A stretch of DNA of 64,000 nucleotides, from contig CAVWPA010000002.1 of NCBI GenBank assembly GCA_963756875.1, forward strand, positions 105,336 through 169,335, written 5' to 3'. A program made the translations under genes and the position numbers. Source of the stretch: an uncultured Verrucomicrobiae bacterium. GTDB taxonomy: Bacteria > Verrucomicrobiota > Verrucomicrobiia > Chthoniobacterales > UBA10450. Shown here piece after piece: positions 52,181-61,109 of the stretch (position 1 is its first letter; each line of letters begins with the position of its first letter). The notes under the pieces are model-generated. The model was not told the origin of the DNA and ran no database searches. It was given only the letters and a program-made list of their open reading frames with translations.

Positions 52181-52909
52181 ATGGATCACAACCGGAAGAC
52201 AGTGATAGTTACGGGAGCGTCGCAAGGTATCGGTGCCGGCATCGCCCAGGCATTTCTCGCCCGCGGCTACGATGTGGTAGCAACCGCGCGAAGCGCGACG
52301 AAATCCAAGGAACTTTCAGCTTCCGACCATCTCGCACTGGTCGACGGCGACATCGGTCAATTTGAGACGGCGCAGAAAGTGGCCGAACTCGCGACCAGTA
52401 AGTTCGGCTCGATCGATGCCGTGGTCGCGAACGCCGGCATCTTCATAGTGAAGCCGTTCACGGAATACACAGCGGACGACTTTCGCGCCCTCGTCTCGAC
52501 CAACCTTGCAGGCTTCGTTTACATCACGCAGCTGGCGGTTAAACAGATGCAGGCGCAGAAGAGAGGCGGCAGCATCGTGAGCATCACCGCCGCGTTGGTG
52601 GACAATCCAATTGTCGGCGAGCCGGCTTCCGTGGCCATGATCACTAAGGGTGGCCTGAACGCGGTGGTGAGAAGTTTGGCTTTGGAATACGCGAAAGAGC
52701 GTATTCGATTCAACGCCGTCGCGCCGGGCGTCGTCGACACCCCGCTGCACGCCGATGCTCCGAAGGACTCGCTGAAAAGAGCTTCGCCGATGGGCTCAAT
52801 CACGACGGTGGAAGACATCGCCAGCGCGGTCGTTTATCTGACAGAAGCTCGTCAAATCACAGGAGAGGTGTTGCACGTCGACGGTGGTGCGCACATTGGC
52901 AAATGGTAG
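52181..52909 (+). CDS. SDR family oxidoreductase
   Basis: TGASQGIG, NAG, NAVAPG, TGEVLHVDGG; active site reads MITKG rather than YxxxK. Confidence 0.9.
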   Translation: MDHNRKTVIVTGASQGIGAGIAQAFLARGYDVVATARSATKSKELSASDHLALVDGDIGQFETAQKVAELATSKFGSIDAVVANAGIFIVKPFTEYTADDFRALVSTNLAGFVYITQLAVKQMQAQKRGGSIVSITAALVDNPIVGEPASVAMITKGGLNAVVRSLALEYAKERIRFNAVAPGVVDTPLHADAPKDSLKRASPMGSITTVEDIASAVVYLTEARQITGEVLHVDGGAHIGKW

Positions 52910-52981
52910 AAAATTCCAATTCGACCGGCGCCGAGCAGCGTTTGCGGGAACTCGCCATCAAACTTCCGGAGGGAAAAAAAT

Positions 52982-53803
52982 GCGGTCGCGTCTAAATATT
53001 TGACATTCGCGCGAGCTAAGGCCACGCAGTTCTTGGTTAATTGTTATTCGTCGGCGACGAAGCCCGGAGCATGGTGATTGCGATAACCATTGGCAGGAAG
53101 CGGGCGGATGGACATAAAGTAAGTGCATGAGCAAGGCTGGTAGCGAAAAGCAGAAGCTGTCGGCGGAACAGCGTGACGAATTATTAAAGACCGTGAAGGC
53201 CCGTTTCGAAAAGAACATGAGCCGCCATAAAGGGGTCGAGTGGGCCAAAGTAGAAGCCAGGCTAAAGGCTAATGCCGACAAACTCTGGTCACTCCATGAG
53301 ATGGAAAGAACCGGCGGTGAACCGGATGTGGTGGGTCAGGATAAGAAGACGGGCGAATACGTCTTCTTCGACTGTTCAGCACAAACTCCCGGTGACCGGG
53401 TAAGCCTTTGCTACGACGATGAGGCGCTGGCGGCGAGGAAAGAGCACAAGCCCAAAGGTAGCGCTGTCGGCATGGCCGCGGCCATGGGTGTTGAACTCCT
53501 GACTGAGGAGCAATATTTCGAGCTGCAGAAGCTGGGAGAATTCGATACGAAAAGATCGAGCTGGATCAAGACGCCTGCGGAGATCAGAAAGCTCGGCGGT
53601 GCGCTTTATTGTGATCGCCGCTACGGCCGCGTCTTCGTGGGGCACAACGGCGCGGACTCCTACTATAGCGGCCGGGCTTTCCGTGGCTCGCTCAGGGTCT
53701 GACTTTTCGCGGGTCGCGAATCGAATTCAAAGAAATGAATTTTGAGCGGCTCCCTCGACGGTCCTCGGAGTCATGGAAATGTCAAAAATATAGATGCGAC
53801 CCA
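52982..53803. mobile_element. TIR-bounded non-autonomous cassette carrying a DUF4256 gene
   Basis: Left 52982-53007 GCGGTCGCGTCTAAATATTTGACATT and right 53778-53803 are inverted repeats (21/26); no transposase inside. Confidence 0.65.
53127..53702 (+). CDS. DUF4256 domain protein
   Basis: RFEKNMSRH, MERTGGEPDVV, SLCYD, HNGADSYYSGRAFRGSLRV. Confidence 0.85.
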   Translation: MSKAGSEKQKLSAEQRDELLKTVKARFEKNMSRHKGVEWAKVEARLKANADKLWSLHEMERTGGEPDVVGQDKKTGEYVFFDCSAQTPGDRVSLCYDDEALAARKEHKPKGSAVGMAAAMGVELLTEEQYFELQKLGEFDTKRSSWIKTPAEIRKLGGALYCDRRYGRVFVGHNGADSYYSGRAFRGSLRV

Positions 53804-53880
53804 TCCACCACTTTACGGACCTCGGCATCGATAAAACTTTCACCCTCGCATGTCGATCCGTAGCCGGTTAGGCTCGATCT

Positions 53881-54689
53881 ATGTTGTCAAACAGCGGCAG
53901 AGTGCTTCTCGAAGATCAAAGAGTGGATCAGGACCTCGTAGATGCTAAGTTCTGCAATCACCAGCTTGTTCGACTGGTCGCGAAGAAACATCGATTTAAG
54001 GAGGTTGACTTCAGATATTCGACATTCGACGCCTGTTATCTTCGAAAGTGTGCGTTTGAGTCGTGCGACTTTACGGGTTGCCGCTTCGTCGCCAGCAACT
54101 TTTATGGGTCAACATTTGAAGGATGCATCTTTGATTATGCGATATTCGAGAGAACCATAATAGCTAGCGACCTTCTCCTAACATGCTGCCCCGCGCACGA
54201 GAATTTGAAAATGAGTTTCGCTCGGACGTTGCGTACAGTTCTGAACAACTTGGCGACGCTCATGCCACGAACGTGGCAATTAAAATTGAACTGGAGGCTA
54301 CCGAGGAACATCTATACAAGGCATGGCATTCGAAAGATTACTATTATCGGTCGAAATATCCGAAGTGGAAGCGAGCCGTTGCGTTCTGGAATTGGCTCAA
54401 GTTCAAATTTCTAGATTGGATTTGGGGGAACGGCGAAAGCGCGCTAAAGCTCTTGTATGCGGTTCTCGCCGTACTCGCGCTAATAGCGGTACGCGATGTT
54501 TTTCTGCGCCGGGACCCATCGCAACTTCTTGATTATTTCGCCGCGGCTGTCGACGCGCCGCAGATATTTCTCGGAACGCTTGTGCCTTCGGGCTACTCCG
54601 CTGGATATCTAGCTGTTATCGTTTTTTTCAGATTGGTGGCTTTCGCGTTCTTGATGTCTATCGTTATTAAACGATTCAGCCGGCGTTAG
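53881..54689 (+). CDS. Pentapeptide-repeat protein with C-terminal TM segments (apparent frameshift at about 54238)
   Basis: FKEVD FRYST FDACY LRKCA FESCD FTGCR repeats; second ORF has WGNGES plus 2-3 hydrophobic helices. Confidence 0.75.
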
Positions 54690-54692
54690 CGC

Positions 54693-55372
54693 ATGCATAT
54701 CTATGCTTTTGGATCTGTCTGCCGGGGAGATGTTCGCGTAGGTTCAGATGTCGATCTTCTCGCTTTGGTTGATGGATACGATCCCCGTTTCGATCCGGAC
54801 ACGTTTTCAGTGTATTCGTATGATCGCGCGCGCGAATTATGGCGAGAAGGAAATCCGTTTGCATGGCATCTGTTTCTCGAGTCAACGCTCGTCTTCGCTT
54901 CTGACGATGGCGATTTTCTGGCATCCTTGGGCTCACCAGGAGAATACAGGAACTGTGTTCGGGACTGTGAAAAATTCCACGATGTATTTTGTGAAGCATA
55001 TGATTCGATCAGGGCCGGGTCGCATAGCAACGTGTTCGAATTATCCACTCTTTTTTTGAGTATCCGGAATATTGCGAGACGTGCTTTTCGCTTGGAGCGA
55101 CGAACGAACCGACGTTTTCAAGAGACTCTGCTCGACGGTTGGGCAAGGAGAGTGTGCCGATTCCTGAAGGCGCATACGCGATCGTGGAGCGAGCCCGTGT
55201 TCTATCGACACGTGGAAAGGGCAGGCGAATCGCGGAAAAAGAAGTTGCCGAAGCAATTGCGGGACTGCACCCTGTAAAGGAATGGATGGAGGGCTTGATT
55301 ACTCGAGCGCGAAATTATGAACCAGTTCCAAAATCGAATGTCCGCGCAACGGCAGATCCTCGGCTTGGTTAA
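54693..55372 (+). CDS. Nucleotidyltransferase domain protein (apparent 2-bp insertion at about 55077)
   Basis: IYAFGSVCRGD...SDVDLL Pol-beta-type GS/DxD motif; GNPFAWHL; helical C-terminal domain after frame correction. Confidence 0.8.
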
Positions 55373-55649
55373 CGGCAAGCATTGGCACGCAGAGGAATTG
55401 TGTGGCCTATCAAATAAGGCGATTGAGCGATGGACTGCTGTTAACGCTATCGAGTCTAATTCAAATCTGGTAGAGTTGATTAAAATTGCTTCCGGGAAGC
55501 TCTTCTTTCTCGCGAACAAGAGTCAGGAACAAATTTCCGAAGACTATCAGACCGCTTCGCGTGAAGTTGCTGAACTCACGAATGCCATTGCTACGGAACT
55601 CAAAGGAGGATCGGAAAATAGGGGTCAGTCAACAAATCTTGAATGTTAA
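55317..55649 (+). CDS. Small helical hypothetical protein
   Basis: 110-aa ORF overlapping the NTase end; last residues are encoded by the TIR at 55621. Confidence 0.65.
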   Translation: MNQFQNRMSAQRQILGLVNGKHWHAEELCGLSNKAIERWTAVNAIESNSNLVELIKIASGKLFFLANKSQEQISEDYQTASREVAELTNAIATELKGGSENRGQSTNLEC

Positions 55650-56604
55650 CCACGCACCGAACCTTAGTCGTATTGCTGTGCTGCATGCTCTTTTCGAATT
55701 GCAGCAAGGCTCCTCCAGCGCAGCCCCAGACAGACACAGAGAAGCGCATACGAGGAGGCCGCGAAAATCGCAGCGGAACGTGAGCATCTTTCAGAACTTC
55801 AGCAGGAGCAGCGCGAAAAAGTTGCGACGGATCTTGCCTCGCGAACCGATACCAGAGAGGCTAGACGAGCAGCAACTCTGGAGCACGCAGCTGCCGAGCA
55901 AGCGCGACGCGAAGGAATTACCGCAGAGTTGAAGACGTTCGTCGACAGCGTGTGGGTTGAGCGCAGCCAAATTAATGACACGCAGACGCTGCGTATGAAC
56001 GGTCAAAAGGTGAAGCCCGGCTCCATTTTAGTATCTCCCGCTGGGTACTCCGTGAAGTACATAAAGGAAGATGGCCGTTCTTTTTTGGTTCACCTATGAC
56101 GAAGACGCCTTTTCAGTGACGCTCAAAAAGACCTCGCGGTGTCTCAATAGCTGAAACTAAATCCAAGCAGCCGGCTGGCCGAAGGATTCGAAGTCGATCA
56201 GAAACTTCCGGAAGTGCCTTCCGGAGAAACGGTTTCTACGACTCTAGCAGCCTCGCGAGGTCTTCTTGTGTTGAAAGCCAGTTATGGTGCCGGGCAAGTT
56301 CAGCGTGATGTGAAAGATCTTGTGAGGTCAAAAATTCAGAATGGCCGACTCGATTTCAGCGCAAACAGCGGAGAGCTCGGAGGAGATCCTATCTTTGGGC
56401 AGGTGAAGACGTTTTATATAGAGTATGTCGCCAACGGCAGAGTTATGAAAAAGAGTTTCAGGGAAGGCGAACACGTATCTTTGCCATAAGCCGTCTAAAC
56501 GAGGGAAGTGGGAACAGAAAAGCGGTCAGCCAATCGCGTGGATCCAACGCCAGCCTCATTCGCTTGCAAGCGGCTCCGCTAGTCAAGATATGTTGACTGA
56601 CCCC
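55621..56604. mobile_element. TIR-bounded non-autonomous cassette carrying a lipoprotein-like gene
   Basis: GGGGTCAGTCAACAAATCTTGAA ... GTCAAGATATGTTGACTGACCCC (21/23 inverted match). Confidence 0.75.
55643..56489 (+). pseudogene. Frameshifted lipoprotein: lipobox, coiled coil and DUF3395/lectin-like C-terminal domain
   Basis: MLTTHRTLVVLLCCMLFSNC at 55643; E/R/A-rich coiled-coil frame from about 55752; VLKASYGAG...GGDPIFGQVKTFYIEY in 56214-56489; several frame breaks. Confidence 0.5.
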
Positions 56605-56715
56605 AATTCTGTTGCACCGGCGCTTATTGCAATCGTCATTGAATCAAAAGCTGAAACGCTGAAAACTGAAAGGCTCAAAGCAGAAGTCAGAGCAGAGTCG
56701 CGGCAAAAGGAAATC

Positions 56716-56741
56716 GGGGTCAAATCTAAACTTTTGACATT
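56716..56741 (+). repeat. GGGGTC-type TIR (left-end orientation)
   Basis: GGGGTCAAATCTAAACTTTTGACATT. Confidence 0.8.
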
Positions 56742-56907
56742 TGAACAGCGAAACTTCGCCCTAGGCTCGGCCAACAATTCTCATCGCTAGCCGGCTTCGA
56801 AAAAGATAGACAGTATTCATGGCGGAGTATGATCCCAGTGAGTTGATCACGCTTTGCGCTTCGTCCTGGGCGACGGTGAAGTAACGTCCGATAGTGCAGG
56901 GAGAGCT

Positions 56908-56933
56908 GGGGTCGTGTCTAAACATTCAACATT
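56908..56933 (+). repeat. GGGGTC-type TIR (left-end orientation)
   Basis: GGGGTCGTGTCTAAACATTCAACATT. Confidence 0.8.
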
Positions 56934-57114
56934 TGAGCGCGCGGCCTGCGCGTTATTCGTTATTGGTTATTGGTTAGCGGCCGCCGACCCGGGGTGGCGA
57001 ATTGGATTGATCGATCCAGACGAGCATTTGTTTGCAGGCGTTTTGGTTCGGCGCGAAGAAAAGGCTTGCCCGGCGATCGGCGGTGAAATACAAACGAAAA
57101 TCGACTTAAAAGCC

Positions 57115-57594
57115 ATGAAATTCGCATCAATCATCCCAGCACCGTTGCTTGCACTATTGTTTCTCGGTGGGTTTGCCTCACCCGGCGTTGCGCAGGAATC
57201 CCGCTGGGGATCGCCGGGGGAGGATACGGTGAAGTTCATCATTGCGGCCGAGGCGAAGTGGGCGAACTCGGCCTGTAGCCCGCAGCCGGATCTTAAGGAC
57301 GTGATTGCGGATGACTTCCAGGGGACATCGCCAAGCGGACGGCGCTACGGCAAGAACGAAGCGATCAGCACAGATACCAAGTCGCTTTCGCGCGATTGCC
57401 AACTGGGTGAGGTAAAGGTGAGATTTTTCGGCGACTCCATCGCGATCGTGTATGGAGCGGAAAGCGCGGTCTCCAAGGCTAAAGATGGCAAGGAGACAAA
57501 GCATTGTCTGATCTGGACCGACACGTGGCTCAAACGCGCCGGAAAATGGCAGATCGTGGCTGCGCAGGATACGAACATCCCTTGTAAGCCTTAG
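57115..57594 (+). CDS. Secreted NTF2-like (DUF4440) protein
   Basis: Signal peptide; IADDFQGTSPSG, VRFFGD, WTDTWLKRAGKWQIVAAQ. Confidence 0.85.
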   Translation: MKFASIIPAPLLALLFLGGFASPGVAQESRWGSPGEDTVKFIIAAEAKWANSACSPQPDLKDVIADDFQGTSPSGRRYGKNEAISTDTKSLSRDCQLGEVKVRFFGDSIAIVYGAESAVSKAKDGKETKHCLIWTDTWLKRAGKWQIVAAQDTNIPCKP

Positions 57595-57603
57595 GCGGTC
57601 GCG

Positions 57604-57709
57604 CTAGCTCTTGCGCCTCGGTCGTCTTTGGGAGCGCGGAAAACATGCGCACAACCCGGAGCGCGAACGCCTTCGTCCGATCGCGCAGATCCTCTTCTTC
57701 CTTGATCAC
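57604..57709 (-). pseudogene. Truncated four-helix-bundle protein (TIGR02436-like) N-terminus
   Basis: Own translation: VIKEEEDLRDRTKAFALRVVRMFSALPKTTEAQEL; similarity then stops before the expected Q-x-x-RSGTSIGANY segment. Confidence 0.7.
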
Positions 57710-57796
57710 TCGCGCCCCCGCTCTCGTGCCAGCAACCTAGCTGCGCCCCGTCCATGTCGCGGCTTCCATCGCCGCTCCATTCTGCATTCCTCCTTA

Positions 57797-58252
57797 TTAT
57801 TTTTTCAGCTTCGCCCTCGCCGCCCGGTAATTGGCCATGTGCTCCTCCGCGGACACGCGCGCAACGGTGCGGCCGACCACGTCGAGAGCCAGGTCGTCCA
57901 ACTTTTTGAACCGGACGCAACCTTTACCCATGTCGAGCTTCTTGCCGCTCTTCTTGTATTCGCTGGCGAACCAGGTGGAGAGAGTGGGATGACCGTAGAA
58001 GCACAGGAAATGCAGCACCATGCCGGACTTCTGCGATCCGAGCGCAACCAATGGCAGCGGCACTTTGGGATTCTCGCCATAGCCCGCTGGATACAGGGAG
58101 AGCGGGACGTACCAGCCGATCATCCCGAACTGCATGCCTTCCTCATATCCGTCAGGCAGGTTCTCATTGATCGCCTTGCGCACGGCGCTGAGCGCGGTGC
58201 GGCGCTCCGCGGGGAGTGCGGCGAGGTATTGGGCCACGGTGGAAGCTGGCAT
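57797..58252 (-). CDS. DUF1801 domain protein
   Basis: TVAQYLAALPAERR, GYEEGMQFGMIGW, KLDMGKGCVRFKK. Confidence 0.88.
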   Translation of the reverse strand: MPASTVAQYLAALPAERRTALSAVRKAINENLPDGYEEGMQFGMIGWYVPLSLYPAGYGENPKVPLPLVALGSQKSGMVLHFLCFYGHPTLSTWFASEYKKSGKKLDMGKGCVRFKKLDDLALDVVGRTVARVSAEEHMANYRAARAKLKK

Positions 58253-58480
58253 GTTGGCGACGATATCCGTCGAACTGTGCGGCGGACAAGCCTCATGCAC
58301 CGCACCGCCGCTCTCCCTCTCCTCACGACGATGCTGGACTGTGGCCGTCGCTCATCATCCGTTGGCCGGGCCACCGTGCGCAAAAACGCGTTCCAGCGCG
58401 GGTCGTTGTGAAGACTGCGGGTCGGCGGTGAAGTGCGATAGCGCTCGCTGTGAGAGCGCGCGGGCGTAGGTTGCAGGCCT

Positions 58481-59473
58481 ATGGCGCGCACAATTCGTTT
58501 TCATCAAACCGGCGGTCCGGAAGTTTTCCAGATCGAAGACCTTGACGTGCCAGCGCCGAAGCAAGGCGAAGTGCGCATTACGGTCAAGGCGCTCGGCTTG
58601 AACCGTGCGGAGTCGATGTTCCGCAACGGGCAGTATCTCGAGCAGCCGCAGTTTCCCGCGCGCAACGGCTACGAGGCTGCGGGCACGGTCGAGTCGGTCG
58701 GTGAAGCTGTGGAAGGCTTTCAGCCCGGCGACGCGGTCAGCACGATCCCCGGATTTTCGCTCAACCAATACGGGGTCTACGGCGAGGTCGTCCTCGCGCC
58801 TGCGGCGATGGTCGTGAAGCATCCGGCCTCGCTTTCATGGGAAGAGGCTGCCTCGGTTTGGATGCAATACGTGACCGCCTATGGCGCGCTGATCGAGCTC
58901 GGCAAAATGAAGAAGCGCGACACGGTCCTCATCCCGGCGGCCTCGAGTAGCGTCGGCCTTGCGGCCATTCAGATCACGAACCTGATTGGCGCGACCCCGA
59001 TCGCGCTCACGCGCACGAACGAAAAGCGGCAGGCCTTGCTCGACGCCGGCGCGAAGCATGTCATCGCCACCGAGGAAGAGGACCTGGTCGAGCGCGTGCA
59101 AAAGCTGACCCGCGGCAAAGGCGCGCGCCTCGTCTTCGATCCGGTCGCCGGACCTACGCTCGCGAAGCTGGCCGCAGCCACGAAGCAAAACGGGATCATT
59201 TTCGAATACGGCGCGCTCAGCACCGAGCCGACGCCGTTCCCGCTTTTCGAGGTGCTGGGTAAATTGCTGACCGTGCGCGGCTACGTGCTCTCGGCAGTGA
59301 CCGGCGACGCAAAACGACTGGCGCGCGCGAAGCAGTTCATCATCGACGGGCTCGCCTCCGGGAAGTTGAAGCCGATCATCTCGAAGGTTTTCAAAGGTCT
59401 CGACCAGATGGTGGAGGCACATCGCTACATGGAGAGCAACCAGCAGATCGGGAAGATCGTGCTCACGGTGTAG
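58481..59473 (+). CDS. MDR family NADPH:quinone reductase-like protein
   Basis: GGPEV, GLNRAE, GYEAAG, AASSSVGLAAIQ, AHRYMESNQQIGKIV. Confidence 0.9.
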   Translation: MARTIRFHQTGGPEVFQIEDLDVPAPKQGEVRITVKALGLNRAESMFRNGQYLEQPQFPARNGYEAAGTVESVGEAVEGFQPGDAVSTIPGFSLNQYGVYGEVVLAPAAMVVKHPASLSWEEAASVWMQYVTAYGALIELGKMKKRDTVLIPAASSSVGLAAIQITNLIGATPIALTRTNEKRQALLDAGAKHVIATEEEDLVERVQKLTRGKGARLVFDPVAGPTLAKLAAATKQNGIIFEYGALSTEPTPFPLFEVLGKLLTVRGYVLSAVTGDAKRLARAKQFIIDGLASGKLKPIISKVFKGLDQMVEAHRYMESNQQIGKIVLTV

Positions 59474-59513
59474 GCGGGCCTCGATTAGATGATCATTGCC
59501 TGGTTCGTCGGAT

Positions 59514-59539
59514 GGGGTCGCGTCTAAATATTCGACATT
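59514..59539 (+). repeat. GGGGTC-type TIR (left-end orientation)
   Basis: GGGGTCGCGTCTAAATATTCGACATTCGCGCGAG; near-identical to 52982-53015. Confidence 0.85.
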
Positions 59540-59580
59540 CGCGCGAGGTAGGGCTGGGGGAGTTGAGAGCTGAAAATCTG

Positions 59581-59616
59581 ATCCGCCTTCGTTGACTACG
59601 GCGTGACAGGAACGCT
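59581..59616. repeat. CCGCCTTCG-TTGA-CTACGGCGTGACAGG element
   Basis: 36 bp identical to 62686-62721; a diverged copy at 449-477 lies inside the radical SAM gene. Confidence 0.85.
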
Positions 59617-59711
59617 AAGAAGCGGAAAATGGCAAGCGTGGGCGCTTGCCCTACAATTCCGCCGCCGATATGATCCGCGCCATGCCAAAACTTCAACGGG
59701 AACAGCATTTT

Positions 59712-61064
59712 ATGATCAAGAATTTCATCTCTTTATTGACGGGGACGATCGCGCTGGCCGCGGCGACGCTGCTCGCGCAGGAGGGAACGACAAAACCCGC
59801 GGAGGGAACGCTGACGCTGAGCAAAAAGACGTTCAAGCTGGCGCATGCGGTGGCGTACGAGTCAGCGACCGCGGGAGAAGAGGAGGTCGCGGTGGTGTTG
59901 AGTGCACAGCCAGTCTCGAACGAGAAATTGAAGAAGGCGCTGGCAGCAGAAAAGGAGGGCGGATTCGGCGAGTTCCCAAAGCCGTTCCTCCAACTCGTCT
60001 TCAAGAAGACCGGTGAGTTGAAGCATTGGAGCGCGGTCGGCGGCGGCACGACGATCGGAGGGAGTAGTGACGGCACCGGTGAACTCAAACTTCAGGACGG
60101 GCGCGCCGTTGGGAAAGCGACCGCGGCGGTCGATCCAAGCGCGCTAATTCCGAAAGGGTTCGACGTGCGATTTAATGTTGCGCTGCTTAAGTCGGGCGAA
60201 GAGTTGCCGGCGTCAACGGCGAAAAAGTACGGTCCGGCGGCAAACGTGAAGCCGTCCGTGACCGGTATCTTCAAAGGAAACGGCAAGGAGGCCAGTCTCG
60301 CCCATGTGTCCGCGAGCTGGGGCGAGCCGTTTGATGGAAAACCCGGCATCGTGCTCGTGTTCACGGAGAAGGACCATTCCAAGGATAAAAAGCCCGACGT
60401 TGACGCGATGTTCGGAAAATTCGGCAGCGCATTGATCATCTCCCTTCACGAGGACGGCGACATCTATGGCTGTCAGGTGGTGCACAGCGCGCTTAAGAAC
60501 AAGGGCTTTAGCTCGACCGGGTCAATCGAGACGAGCGGATTCAGCTACGGCGATGGCAAGGTGGAAGGTGAACTCATGACCAACGGGCAGGTCGATACTT
60601 TTGGCGAGACATGGGAGGTGAAGCTCAAGTTCGTGGCGCCGCTGGGCGAGATCCCAAAGCAGTACCAGGTTGCCGAGTCGGCAAACGCGGAGACAAAGCC
60701 GGCGCCGCCAAAATCCGAACCTGATGAATCGGACAAGGAAGAGGCGGCGACAAAATCCGCCGCGCCGGGCGTAAACGTTAAGGATCTCGCCCTGACGAAA
60801 GATGCGAGCGATATCGAGTACAAGTCTCTGGTGCAGCAAATGAGCTTTAAGAGCAAGTTGCCGGTGAAGAGCGCGTGCGCGGAACTGGCCCAAAATCTGA
60901 AAGCGCAAGGGTGGGCTAAAGATGGCACCGACCTGATCACTCCGAACTCTTCCATTCTCAGGCGCAAACGCGATCAAGCGACGCTCACGATTTTCGTCAA
61001 ACCGGAGAATGGAGGGAGCGAAGTAAAAATGATGACTGAAGGCCTCTCCTGGGACGGAGAGTAG
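59712..61064 (+). CDS. Secreted hypothetical protein with two similar beta-rich domains
   Basis: Signal peptide; GTLTLSKKTFKLAHAVA versus GIFKGNGKEASLAHVSA internal similarity. Confidence 0.7.
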   Translation: MIKNFISLLTGTIALAAATLLAQEGTTKPAEGTLTLSKKTFKLAHAVAYESATAGEEEVAVVLSAQPVSNEKLKKALAAEKEGGFGEFPKPFLQLVFKKTGELKHWSAVGGGTTIGGSSDGTGELKLQDGRAVGKATAAVDPSALIPKGFDVRFNVALLKSGEELPASTAKKYGPAANVKPSVTGIFKGNGKEASLAHVSASWGEPFDGKPGIVLVFTEKDHSKDKKPDVDAMFGKFGSALIISLHEDGDIYGCQVVHSALKNKGFSSTGSIETSGFSYGDGKVEGELMTNGQVDTFGETWEVKLKFVAPLGEIPKQYQVAESANAETKPAPPKSEPDESDKEEAATKSAAPGVNVKDLALTKDASDIEYKSLVQQMSFKSKLPVKSACAELAQNLKAQGWAKDGTDLITPNSSILRRKRDQATLTIFVKPENGGSEVKMMTEGLSWDGE

Positions 61065-61109
61065 AGAAAGGGTAAGAGCTAAGAGGTAAGGGGTAAGGGC
61101 GAAGGGCGC

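Noticed and set aside
51546..59539. TIR copies as a CRISPR array or as Tn3 ends
   Set aside because: Mixed orientation, spacing of hundreds to thousands of bp and no cas genes; shorter than 38-bp Tn3 IRs, with no visible 5-bp target duplication, transposase or resolvase
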